Assembly (NCBI GenBank): GCA_964016885.1
Contig: OZ024742.1
Coordinates: forward strand, 361,708,001 to 361,772,000
Direction: 5' to 3'
Length of the DNA stretch: 64,000 nt
Origin: Eledone cirrhosa
Taxonomy: Eukaryota
A program made the translations under genes and the position numbers. Position 1 is the stretch's first letter, and each line of letters opens with the position of its first letter. Under the pieces are notes generated by a model. It did no database searches. It was given only the letters and a program-made list of their open reading frames with translations, and was not told the DNA's origin. Below are positions 25,541-38,272 of the stretch, piece by piece.

Positions 25541-25970
25541 AATATGGTTTTATAAATATAGTTTCCATTTGTTAATATCGCATTTTTACTCCAAATATTG
25601 GTTGAGTGCTTTATATCAGTTATAAAAATATTTGCTTCTTGTATCCCAACAAATTAAATAGAACTTTTACATATATAAATACATATATATTTTTCTGTAC
25701 CTCTCTTTCGCTCAGGTAAATAGATAGACAAACACATCCATAATGATATATATATGAAAAAGACAGAAATAATATAATTTCAAGGGAGGTGACTCTATAT
25801 TTTACCATTTGGTTATCTCCCTTGTTGGGTGTGGGTTAGCTATTAACTTCAGACATTCAGCCATACAGACACACTAGCAGTGTATCCCGGCGTTGCACGG
25901 ATAAGAACATTGGTAATAGCACCTCCAATGAGAAACCTTTATTTGTGAGTGCCTGTTAAAAACTCACGAA

Positions 25971-26197
25971 CTGGACATGCTCACCGACATCCAGAGTTGA
26001 CAGTGCACTCAGTGCTCCTGTGGGAGCCACTGGATAGACACACTGGAAGAGGAAGACCAAAGTTAACATATGTTGATGCCCTAAGGACAGACAATGACTG
26101 GTCTGTTGGAGACGCAGGACATGGCAGCGATAATGAGGGACAGAGACTGCTGGAGAGAACTCGTCCATGGATCTCGGGAAAATTTACCCGCCCTAGA
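25971..26197 (+). mobile_element. RTE LINE 3'-end fragment (same family as 187-1431; another at 35840-36085 minus)
   Basis: [37 protein letters not shown] plus the same 3' UTR ending tttacccgccctag. Confidence 0.88.
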
Positions 26198-26263
26198 TGT
26201 TTATGTGTATATTTATATATAAGTATATGTGTATATATATATGTGTATATGTGTTTGTGTATG

Positions 26264-26391
<128 letters not shown>

Positions 26392-26570
26392 CAAAGTTAT
26401 ATATTGAGTTAGAAGCTCAATTAAAGAGATTTTTCCGAGCCGTATATTATATTTGAATATAAAAGAAAAACACAGATATATACATATATATGTTTGATGC
26501 AGTATTTTTTAAATTTTTTTAAACACTTTAGTCTTTATTGTGTTGTATCAGATGAAAGAATGGTATTTAA

Positions 26571-27195
26571 CTAATGTATTGGTACGCGATGGGGCCCACC
26601 GACAGCCCCGGCGGACAGAATGGAGAAGGCGTTTCCCCGGAGGACGGTAAGGGAGACGCGCTGGAAAAGCCACTCCAACTCGCGGGGCTCACACCTGCGG
26701 CTGGCCAGCACAGCGCCTATGGTGGTGAGTAAGGCGGTAGCCCTGGGGCCGAGGACACCAGAAGTCTCCACTGCCAGGGGAACGACCGCAAACCTGTCGG
26801 AGAGCGACCGCAAACCTGTCGGAGAGCGACCGGTATTTGAGGAGTTTGGCCCCCTCAGCCCGACGTGCAGCAGAATCTGGGTCAGTCGCAGACTGCACCA
26901 GGTTGCGGCTGCAGAAAGTGTCGGTGCAAGTGGCATCCCAGACGAGGGGTTTGCCACCGCGGAACGGGAAGATGGTCATGCCATCTGGCCTTTTGCCGTC
27001 CCCTCCATCCAACCCCACCGGCTCGAGCTGGGAAGGGAAGCCTGCAGCGTCCAAGCCATGCTTAATGACCTCGTTGAGGGCAGCATGGCGTGGAATGCGG
27101 CCGGCACTGTGGCGACAGGAAAGCGGGTGGAGGCCGAAAGAGTCCACCGTGGAACCGCAGCGACATTGGTGTGGCTGGCAGATCCAGAGGCCGAT
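26571..27195 (-). mobile_element. CRE-like non-LTR retrotransposon 3' fragment (zinc knuckle plus restriction-like endonuclease)
   Basis: C.C...VDSFGLHPLSC..SAGR..RHAALNEVI, LEP.GL...DGKRPDGMTI.PF..GKPLVWDATCTDT, PLAVETSG.LG and LFQR.SL.VLRGNA.SI. A GC-rich island. Confidence 0.8.
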
Positions 27196-27333
27196 ATGTG
27201 TTCGAATCGTAAGGGATCAGATTCGCTAAGGCGAAAAGAAAAGAATACTAACTATAGACAATAGGGTTTGCCTGACTCAATTTAAGAATAAATCAAGAAA
27301 ATAAATACAAACCGGAATTGTGGTAAGTACCAA

Positions 27334-27413
27334 TCACCCAGACAGCTTGGGTAATGCTGTTTCGCAAAATTAATTGTGAAGAGGAATACCAATTCTTGCT
27401 CATCAGTGGGTGA
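27334..27413 (-). ncRNA. Canonical type I hammerhead ribozyme with three well-formed stems
   Basis: tcaccca-CTGATGA-GCAAGAATT...AATTTTGC-GAAAC-AGC(attacccaa)GCT-GTC-tgggtga. 7-bp stem I, 5-bp stem III and a GUC site. Confidence 0.9.
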
Positions 27414-27684
27414 AGAATTAGTATCATGGACATTTCTAAGTATATTAAAAAACTGAATAGTGTGCGTATATATAACGCACATGGTATCTGAACTTAGCGT
27501 GTCTCACAAACTCACACCACTAAAGATAGCAGCCAAGTTTGTATTTATTTTATTGATTTATTCTTAAATTATCTATAGTTAGTATTCTTTTCACCTTACC
27601 GAATCTGATCTCTTACTATTTGAACACATGTATGTTTATATCTGTGTTCGTTTTTCTTTTATATTCAATTATAATATATATATA

Positions 27685-27796
<112 letters not shown>

Positions 27797-27809
27797 GTGC
27801 ATATATGTA

Positions 27810-27867
<58 letters not shown>

Positions 27868-28077
27868 TACAGATCAGAGCAAACAACACGGACACTCTAT
27901 CTCAAAATTATTTTTGAAAAGCATTTAGAAATGCGCAACCGGTAAAAACTTAAAAACTTAAAACCACAACTGAATACTAACCCATACAATTACTAATACT
28001 CTTTTATTCCTAATTAAACCATTTTTCAACTGTGAACAATTTGTCAGCATTTTCTATTCCGTTTACCAATATATATA

Positions 28078-28110
<33 letters not shown>

Positions 28111-28111
28111 A

Positions 28112-28239
<128 letters not shown>

Positions 28240-28318
28240 TGGCGAAGTTAATACGTCAGCAATGACGTGTTGGTCATAATGTCATTGTGCAGACAGATAT
28301 AAGGGCACTATGGAGATC

Positions 28319-28357
<39 letters not shown>

Positions 28358-28362
<5 letters not shown>

Positions 28363-31300
28363 GACGAACTCATCATGGCAAAAAGTACAAGTCTCCTTCG
28401 ACCAAATCGCAACTACAACCGTTGTATACAGTGGAGCTACGAGCTTAACAAATTATTATATGAAGCATACAAACAATCTGAACCCCAAAAGTTCGGTTTT
28501 ATGCAGAGGCTAAAAACTTTATGGAACTCCAAACACCCACAATTAGACTTTTCTCCAAAGCATTTAAATGAACAGGCAAAACGTATCATTAGATGTAAAT
28601 TGATACATCTAACGGAATTGAGTGATACTACAAATACAGCCCTTGTAGACAACCACCCCACCTCCACTGACAGACAAAGAGAATGACCAGCTAAATCTAA
28701 CAGTGAACAGCTCATCAACAATTTTGCTGAAGAACAGCGCGAGAAAGGTTAGCTAACTCTAGTAGTAATTGTCACCACATCAACAACGAGGCTGAAATTC
28801 ATGACTCTACTGTACAAACAGAACACCAAAAACTTGTGGACACCTTACAAGTGATATGGGACGATATGTTTCAAGAGATACACAGCCTTAATGTGAGTGA
28901 CAGACCATACAACACCAGAATCAGTAAAGAACCTACTAAATTGGAATTGGAAGCGGTGAACGAAATAGCTGGCAATTATCTGAAGGCTATACGATCTAAA
29001 GGTGTAGAAACGACATTCGAAACGTTTAATATTTTGTTATATGTTTCAGCTGTCATATTGCTATCATATAACACACATCTAAAACCACGCAATCAAAATA
29101 CAAACAAAAAGCCTGAACCAGCGTGGATACTAAATTTAAAAAGCAAAATTGTGTCCCTGAGACGAAGTATCTCACACATCACAGTCGTTATGAAATGCAA
29201 CATAGAGAGTAACTTCACACGGCACCAGGAAGACCTAAAAAAAAGTTAGAGAGATGATTTGGAGATACAAAATTTAAAACTTTGAACTCCAAATTACACC
29301 AGTTGAAACAAAAACTCACAGCTACAACAGAAAGACTAAAATATAAGTCAACAGCACATAAACGACAAATGCTAAATACATTGTTTACCAGAGATCCTAA
29401 ATCAGTTTATCGCAGCTTCGGTGGCAAAAGCTCAATCCTTGTAAATGACACCCCGTCAAAAGAACAGGTTGAGAGCTACTGGAGATCTGTATGGGAAGCG
29501 GATGACGGATTCAACAGACAAACTAATTGGCTAAAAGAACTGGAACAGGACTACTGCCAACATGTCCAGACAAAACAATATGACATAGATGGGTCAATAC
29601 TGGACACAGCTCTACAGAAAATGTCGAATAGGAAATCACCAGGCTCAGACCTCATTACAGGATACTGGTTGAAGAATTTCATTTTCTATCGGCAAGATCT
29701 CATACGGCTGTTTACAGAAACCATTAAAGGCACACAAGAACTGCCCAGATGGTTATCAACTGCCACTACTCTCCTCATTCTCAAAAATAGCCAAACCACC
29801 CTTGCTAAAAATTATCTCCCAATAGCCTGCCAAAACATCATGTATAAATTATATACTGGGTGCTTTAACCTGTTCTTACAGGATCACTGTGCTACCAACA
29901 ACATCATAACACCTGAACAAGCTGGTGGAAAGAGGGAGGTGTGGGGTTGCATAGATCACCTACTAACTAATAAAATGATTCAGGAAAAAACAACAAAGAA
30001 TCGCAGAAACATAACTGTGGTGTGGCTGGACTATCAAAAAGCATTTGATAGTGTACCTCATGGGTGGATTATTAAGGCTTTACAGTTAGCCAAAGTCCCA
30101 CAACCATTGGTAGCTGCTGTTGAACGCCTGACCAAGAACTGGTACACCAATTTGATCCTTAGAGGTGAGAAGGAGCAAGTTAAGACTGATAAAATACATT
30201 ACCAGAAGGGCATCTTTCAGGGTGATAGCTTGTCAGTGCTATTCTTCGTTCTCTCACTAAATCCACTATCTTACCTACTCAGGAAACAAGGTGGACAAAG
30301 AAGTGGGTCCAGAAGTATCTCCCATCTTTTCTTTGTTGATGACCTGAAGTTGTATGGGCCAAATATCAATGACATCAAGAAACAATTGGACCTCATTACA
30401 CAATTCTCAACAGACACCAAAAAAAAAAATTTGGTGAGTCCAAGTGCGCATATTTGGCAGTAAAACGTGGAAGAGCTGTGCCCTCCTCTAGAAATCTAGA
30501 GATGAACGGCCTGACAATACAACCTCTACAGTCAGGTGACAACTACAGATATCTTGGACAGGATGAGAATGTCAGATATGATGGACCCATAAATAAGGAG
30601 AGAACCAGAACTGAATACCTCAGAAGAGTAAAGAAAATATGGTCATCAGAACTGTCAGCGTACAACAAATACATTGCCCACAATACTTATGCTCTGCCAA
30701 TTCTAACGCCAACATTTGGCCTGCTGAACTGGTCATTGCAAGAACTAAGTGAGATGGATGTTAGAACTCGCAAACTTCTCAGTGTTACTGGGAACTTTAA
30801 CATCAATGGTGATGTGGATAGGCTATACTTCTCACGCAAGGAAGGTGGCCGGGGTCTAAAATCCATATTAACATCATATGAGACCCGGATAGTAACACTG
30901 AAGCAACATCTTCAACAGAGGAAAAAGGTTTATGGCTCAGGTTTATGAGCATGAAAAAAAAATCATTAGGATAGCGACTGATCTGGAGGAGAGATATGGA
31001 ATAAAGCCTGATATAAATCTCTCACCCAGAGAAATCGGAAGATCCTATTCAATGTTTGTTCAGAGAAGATGAAAAAATTGACCAATTTACAGAAAAAGTT
31101 GTGCATGGATACTTGAGACGTAAAACACAGACCATAGAGCGGATAAACCAGTCAAAAAGCCTGGCATGGAGTTCCGACAAGTTTATGCCGACAAGTTTAT
31201 GACATCACACCTTGAGGGATATCTCTATGCAATACAGGAACAAGAACTCCCTACCAAATATCTGCTGTACAAAAGGGGAGGGTCAGCAGCTGACAATAAA

Positions 31301-31957
31301 TGTAGGCTATGTAAAACAAAGATCGAAGATGTAAGCCACATTGTTGCCAGCTGCGAAAGAATGTCATCTCGCTACTACCTCCCCATGAGACACGATGGGA
31401 TAGCTAGAACCATCTGGAACGCACTTCGGAAAACAAAATTAACAACAAACGAGGAAGAATATATTGAGACAGATGGCACTAAGGAATACTGGTGGGACCT
31501 GAAAATAAAAACTGCCACCAAATTAAAGCACAACCGGCCTGATATTGTTGTTTGGGACCACACATTGAAAACGTGTTCTGTTGTGGAGATCAGCTGCCCA
31601 CTTGATGTAAACGTTGTCAGAAAAATACAGGAGAAGGAGGACATCTACGGACCATTGATAAGGAGTTTACAAATCCAGTATCCAAGATACACCTTTAGCT
31701 TCATACCCATCATTATTGGAGCTACGGGTTATATACCAACCCGCTTGGACCAAAGTATGATTGAACTTGGATTTGCGGACAAAAAGCGAGGCTCCCTAAT
31801 TCATAGTCTACAAATGGCTGCGATAGCTGGCACCTTCAAAATTTGCAAAACATTCTTGCGATTCAAGGGATGACAATTTCTTTTCTTTTACAACCTTGCC
31901 ACCAGGAAGGTGGTCGGTCAAAAAAAAATATACTCGAAATTAAGAGAAAGAGATAAC
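28358..31957 (+). mobile_element. R4/Dong-clade non-LTR retrotransposon, near full length with several frameshifts (RT plus CCHC and REL endonuclease)
   Basis: RT motifs KSPGSD.I.GYWLK, WLDYQKAFDSVPH, GIFQGDSLS.LFF, HLFFVDDLKLY, YRYLG and GGRGL. C-terminus CRLC....E...HI..SC, RHD, RPDIVVWD, VEISCP, EK..IY.PL and PIIIGATG. Flanked by (TA)n. Confidence 0.92.
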
Positions 31958-32014
31958 ACATATATATATATACATACACATATATACATACTTATATATA
32001 TATATACATACATA

Positions 32015-32046
<32 letters not shown>

Positions 32047-32053
32047 CATACAC

Positions 32054-32074
<21 letters not shown>

Positions 32075-32086
<12 letters not shown>

Positions 32087-32927
32087 AAGAATCAAAGAAC
32101 TGTTCAAAACATTATTGTGCTTACAGCTGTTTCCTCCAAACCGAGGTTTGGATTCTTCGGAGCAATTTATTAATGCATGGACAGTTATATGACCTCCTTT
32201 TCAGCCGAGAGACATACCGATACATATTCAAACATTGATACATATTCAAACATTGTGGGTCAACATTCATTACAGAATTTAGATTGGCAGTACACACTTT
32301 GAGATTACATTTATATTAATAGGTACAATCAAAAATCAAAGATATAGGTTAAAGTACAACATGAAGATAAGTGGTTATATAGTGCAAATGTTATATGTGT
32401 GGCACGCATGTGCGTCTTGTTTATATAGTGTGGCAGAGAGATATGTGTGGTAGAGGCACTTAGGTAGGTAAATAAGAGTGTTAGGTTGGTAGATCTGGTG
32501 GCACCAGATCTACCAACCTAACACTCTTATTTACCTACCTAAGTGCCTCTACCACACATATCTCTCTGCCACACTATATAAACAAGACGCACATGCGTGC
32601 CACACATATAACATTTGCACTATATAACCACTTATCTTCATGTTGTACTTTAACCTATATCTTTGATTTTTGATTGTACCTATTAATATAAATGTAATCT
32701 CAAAGTGTGTACTGCCAATCTAAATTCTGTAATGAATGTTGACCCACAATGTTTGAATATGTATCAATGTTTGAATATGTATCGGTATGTCTCTCGGCTG
32801 AAAAGGAGGTCATATAACTGTCCATGCATTAATAAATTGCTCCGAAGAATCCAAACCTCGGTTTGGAGGAAACAGCTGTAAGCACAATAATGTTTTGAAC
32901 AGTTCTTTGATTCTTATATTTCATATA
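32075..32927. repeat. Perfect fold-back palindrome of about 850 bp with a 1-nt centre at 32501
   Basis: ...agatctggtg-g-caccagatct...; the arms of about 426 bp appear identical by eye. The right arm continues into a unique tail to about 33088, then (TA)n. Confidence 0.95.
32838..32884 (+). ncRNA. Minimal hammerhead ribozyme motif, U4C core (mirror at 32118-32164 minus)
   Basis: tgct-CCGAAGA-a-TCCAAAC(ctcg)GTTTGGA-g-GAAAC-AGCT-GTA-agca. Confidence 0.8.
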
Positions 32928-33085
32928 ACTGCTCTGTAAATCATCTGATGTTTTTACATTGAGCTACTTAACTTACTGGTAATAAGGTAGTAATACATTA
33001 CTGCCTACCACTATTTAGGGTGTGTGTAAAATACTTACAACTGCTTAAGGTTTTGTGTTTACATAACCATAAATAGTATAACTAA

Positions 33086-33175
<90 letters not shown>

Positions 33176-33179
<4 letters not shown>

Positions 33180-34015
33180 TATTTTCCGTTGTGTTGTAAT
33201 ATAAATATTACACACAGTAGATTATCAGCTCACGTAGAGTTTGCTCGACGGTTCCAGTTGTAGTTCCAAAAGTAATCCGGAGAAAAATAGAAAGATTTGA
33301 ATGGATACAGTTTAGTTGAAAGGAATTTATTGACACGTGTTTCTATAACAGTTACATAACCTAAAACAGCTGCTATCTACAAACTTTTAGTTATGCAGAC
33401 ATTCAATATTTCAATGTTATTATTTACTGTCATTTCATCAGAATAATATTACTGAGGACCTATTTAGTTTTTATAGAGAATATTAGGAGGGAGGGGTGAA
33501 GTTGTTAGAAGAATAGTTGAAGGAGTGGTTTTTCGATAGCAGTGAGAATTCTTGGTGGCAGTGAGTAATTAGATTCCCATCTGTTGTTTTGACATTTTTT
33601 ATAGAATATATTATTGGTTATTTTTCTAAATCTATAGAAGGATTAGAGATAGTAAAGATATGCGTGGTTGGTTTTGTGTTTGCACTTAATTAACATTCAG
33701 ACTTAAATTTTTCTTTCAAGTGTACGTATCCTTTCACCCACGCATTCACACACAAATATATTTGCACACCTCTACAAAATACATATACTCACAATTCACA
33801 TATTCATACTTACATATACACATGCATACACATATATATACACACATGTATTCATGTACATACATACGCGCTCATGTGTATACATTTTCATACTCAACTT
33901 ATCTTTATATACACACATATAGACACACACATATATACATACATACTCTAGTCCATGTGTACACACATACACATACATACACATCTATATACACATATAT
34001 ACATACATATATATA

Positions 34016-34100
<85 letters not shown>

Positions 34101-35020
34101 CACTTTAATACATGAATACACTTACATCTAACTATACACATCAAACATATATATATATTTACTTATTTATATACATTTTCACATATATATACATACTTAT
34201 GGACGTTTTTAGACACATTCATTATCGCATATTTGCACCTATTCTCATCAGCATATCTTTCCATTATTAGTGTGGTAATTTAAGGTTATTAATATATGTC
34301 GAGAAGAGATTGTTTTTATATTTTTCTAACTAGATTAAGGTTTATATAGTTGGGGGATGTCCCTCTTTTATGTAATATTCGGCTTGTAGTGGGAAAAAAG
34401 GGTTTTAGTTCTGTGACGGCAGAATAATGTTCGTTCAATTCTGTTATTCAGCAGTTTCTTCTTGTGTGTGATTATGTAATAAATCTCAAGATTACACAAT
34501 TTGCAGAAATTTTGGCTCCTGGAAAAGCTTTGGGTTTTAGCTAATTTCTCCCATTTTAGGGTAAACTTTTGATCGCTATCCCTGAGCGTCCAAGCTTTTT
34601 CTGCTAAAGTTGTTACGTTTCTTTGGCTCTGGTGTTTTATTGAGTAAGAATGCCTATACAATCGAGATTTAAACGATGTTGCCGTTGATCCCACGTAATA
34701 CCACTCGTTGCCTCCGGATTTAATGGTACACTTATAAATAATATTTTTTTCCAGGCAGTTATTGCCGAGGGGGCAGTTGTCAGGATAGGTGCAGTTACAG
34801 TTGTGTACGTTGGGTTTTCTCTGGAGTAGTATTGCGGACGAACTTAGGTGTGGTTTATTTATGTGCTGTAGTGTATTGTCTACTGTTTTTTTTGTGTTCT
34901 TTGTACTTAAGTTCTTAGTGTTTTCGTTTAACCTTCTAGTATTGATCTTTTTTATGTGTTGTTCAAGGTTTAACGCTGTAGAGTATGACAGTCTTATAGT
35001 GGTAGGGTTTATATATACAT
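33176..35020 (-). mobile_element. 5'-truncated Penelope-like element (GIY-YIG, 35020-34368) with 3' UTR
   Basis: IRLSYST..NL, CNC..PDNCPLGNNCL..NIIYKC, YYVGST..SFKSRL..H, TTLA...W, LKWE and CKLC.LE.YYI. Confidence 0.88.
33327..33446 (-). ncRNA. Hammerhead ribozyme motif with long stem II in the Penelope 3' UTR
   Basis: ttatt-CTGATGA-aATGACAGT...(about 70 nt)...ACTGTTATa-GAAAC-ACGT-GTC-aataa. Confidence 0.8.
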
Positions 35021-35024
35021 ACAT

Positions 35025-35428
35025 ACAAGTTAAATAAAAAGTCAAATGTTTAAAATTTAGCTTCGTTTATTACTGCTATATATATTTCAGTGACAGCCAT
35101 CTTTGGCTGTGACCTCTTCAGGCAGTTTGAATTAGTATGGTATAGACAAGTACATATGTTGTTGAGGTGTATAATTTTGTCAATACTCTGATATGCCCAG
35201 TTCCTGGTTGGGTTGTTATTTCACTGAGGAACTGGAATCATATGATTCCAGTTCCTCAGTGAAATAACAACCCAACATTATATTGACAAAATTATACACC
35301 TCAACAACATATGTACTTGTCTAATTCAAACTGCCTGAAGAGGTCACAACCAAAGATGGCTGTCACTGAAATATATATAGCAGTAATAAACGAAGCTAAA
35401 TTTTAAACATTTGACTTTTTATTTAACT
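35025..35428. repeat. Fold-back palindrome centred at 35241/35242 with a hammerhead in each arm
   Basis: Centre ggaatcat|atgattcc. The arms match apart from two deletions in the right arm. A third, single copy lies at about 58805-59020. Confidence 0.92.
35330..35384 (+). ncRNA. Hammerhead ribozyme motif (mirror at 35072-35126 minus; paralog at 58927-58981 plus)
   Basis: actgc-CTGAAGA-GGTcACA.CCA(aaga)TGG.TGTcACY-GAAA-TATATA-TA-gcagt, with 5-bp stem I. Confidence 0.85.
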
Positions 35429-35533
35429 TTATTTTACATTACTCCGGAGTAACCAAACCAAACTGCGCACTTCGTCGAGTGCTCCAGCCTGCATACTGAG
35501 GTGTTGGTATACAACCAACATATACTCAAAATC

Positions 35534-35630
<97 letters not shown>

Positions 35631-36539
35631 TTATATATACATACATATATATACATACATACATACATATACATACATATACATACATACATATACATAT
35701 TTATATATACATATTTATATATATACATATATATATACATATATATATATATATACATATTTATATATACATATTTATATATACATATTGATATATACAT
35801 ATTGATATATACATATTTATATATACATATCTATCTATCGCGAGTAAAATTCCCGAGATCCATGGATGAGTTCTCTCCAGCGGTCTCTGTCCCTCATTAT
35901 CGCTGCTATGTCCTGTGTCTCCAAGAGACCAGTGTCTGTCCTTAGGGCATCAACATATGTTAACCTCTGTCTTCCTCTGCTAGTGTGTCCATGCAGGGGC
36001 TCCTACAGGAGCACTGAGTGCAGTGTCAACTCTGGTGAGCATGTCCAGCTAACCTCAGTCTCCTCTGTCACTTTCGAGCTGACTTTATATATATATATAT
36101 AGAGAGAGAGAGATAGATAGATATATCTACTATATAAATTGGAAGTGGTCGGACGTTGTATATTTAAATAAGTAGGTGTAGTCGGATAAACGTCGAAACG
36201 GCTTGGTGAAATGCAGCGAAAATTTACACAGTTATGCAGAATGACCCGAGGAGGCGTTGGGTCGACTTTCAAGCTACAAGCTTGATGATGAAACAGGAAT
36301 TTTCCATTTAAATTGAACTGAGAGTAATCTGTGAACGCAGAAGTAAATATTTCGAGAAACGTTGCAACCGAACGAAAACAGGAAGACCATATTTTGGTTC
36401 GTGAAGACGTTCCATGGCAATGAACGGGAAAAAAGCGAGGATAATACGTCGTTATGTGGAGCGAGAAGAACAATTTCATGCAAAGACAAGACCAAGTTTA
36501 TGGTATAAATGGAATCGTTAGACTAATATTCTATTTAAA

Positions 36540-37030
36540 ATAACAGAATGATTTCCAGCCCCCACCCCCCGCACGCACGCACGCACGCACGCGTATGTAT
36601 AAACCTTATGCATTTCTACAGTATTTTCACCAAACTTAAGGCATAGGTTACTTATGTACTCCGGATGGTCATGGGCACTTTCATTTTTCCAGATATTGAT
36701 TATAGGGCCTCCCGGTATATAACCCCCTTTAGCCACTTTCTTGGAGTCGACTGAAGCACTGCAGTGCAATGCAACAAAACGTCATAACTTCTGGAGTTCG
36801 CAATAGATTTTCACAAAACTTGACACATAGGCTACGTTTGTCCTACAGATGAATGTGAACTCTCAGAATTGGCACATATTGAGTAGGGGACCCCTGGGGG
36901 CAGGAACCCCCTTTTGGAAAAAGCCGATGCTTTTGTAAAAGTATAGTTTTCGAAGAATCACTGAAGTATTGACATAAATGGTATACACAACTGCTATTTA
37001 ATACCCGAGCAACGCCGGGTACCTCTGCTA

Positions 37031-37031
<1 letters not shown>
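36540..37031 (+). mobile_element. Non-autonomous Helitron-like element, 3' end
   Basis: Terminal hairpin acccgagcaacgccgggt followed by CTAG-T at 37028-37032. Similar ends occur at about 25874 (minus) and 39107 (plus). The 5' boundary is uncertain. Confidence 0.65.
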
Positions 37032-37065
<34 letters not shown>

Positions 37066-37066
<1 letters not shown>

Positions 37067-37260
37067 CATCATCATCATCATCATCTTCGTTTAACGACCA
37101 TTTTCTACGCTAGCATAGGTTAGACGGGAGTTGTCCCATTTGAGGCAAGGTTGGTCGGATGACCATGTCTCGCTCATATAGGACTATCTGGCAGGCTTTC
37201 TACGGCTGGATGCCCCTCCTAACACCAACCACATTTACAGTGTGGAACTGGGAACTTTTT
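37066..37260 (-). mobile_element. SINE 3' portion with (GAT)n tail
   Basis: Minus strand ends ...cgtctaacctatgctagcgtagaaaatggtcgttaaacgaagatgatgatg. A related tail lies at about 19665-19725 on the plus strand. Confidence 0.6.
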
Positions 37261-38233
37261 ACCGTGTTACATACACGACCACATTACAGCGTGGACTGTG
37301 TGTTTTTTCTCGTGACAACTACACGATCTCGATCTCGATCTCATTATCTCATTTATTTGAACTGGATGTTGTGGTACCAACTTTATAGAGAGAGGGTGGT
37401 GTTGGTGGGAGTGGGAGGATAGGGTAGGGGTAGTGGATTGGGGGTGTATATTTGGTTAAGAGGTGCCTACTGACTAGGTTTCGCTTTGTACATAAGCAAG
37501 GTGGGTCTTCTGTATTACTGCATAGCACCAAAGATCTCGGTCCAGTGACATTGTCTTAGAGAGGTGCAAGTGTGTAAGGTCGGAATTGCTGCACCACCAC
37601 CACCAAAAACAACACCAACAAAGACACGGACACCAACATCAAAAACAGCCGGACCACCACCAACACCGAAACCAATCCAAGGGGAAAACGAGGAATGCTC
37701 TCCCACTCCCCCTACCCCCCCCCCAATTATACACATAGACAAAACAATAAACGCACACACAGACACAGAGACACTCACAGCCACAGACCCTTTGTCTTTC
37801 AGCAGCGAAGATGAAGGAAAACCCAAAAGTGCAACAAAAAACAGAGAAAACTCACAAAAAAAGCCCCAACAAATCACAAAAACATACACAACAAAAAATA
37901 CAGACACCACTAACGCAAACACTTCCCCAATAACATCAGCACCAACAGCAACATCGACACCACCCCCACAATCCCCGAAACGCAAACAACCTAAACAAAC
38001 ACAAGTACAAATAAACACACAAATACCTGAAATTGCAGACACCACACCTACAACAAACAGACATACCCGAAACAACACCACCAAAACCATCACCAACACA
38101 GTCACCAAAACGAAAACAAATAAAACCACACCAAAAAAATGTTAAAAGCTTCGTGCTTGTCAGAAGGGCCAACGATAAACTGATGGCCCTCTTAGCACGA
38201 AGCGAGGACATTCAAACAGAGGGAGAGGTATAC

Positions 38234-38272
38234 GTTGCTGACGATAGTTAATAAGCTTGAAACTAGTACAGC
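38234..38272 (+). ncRNA. Minimal hammerhead ribozyme motif
   Basis: gttg-CTGACGA-t-AGTT(aata)AGCT-t-GAAAC-TA-GTA-cagc, with palindromic stem III ACTAGT. Confidence 0.78.
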
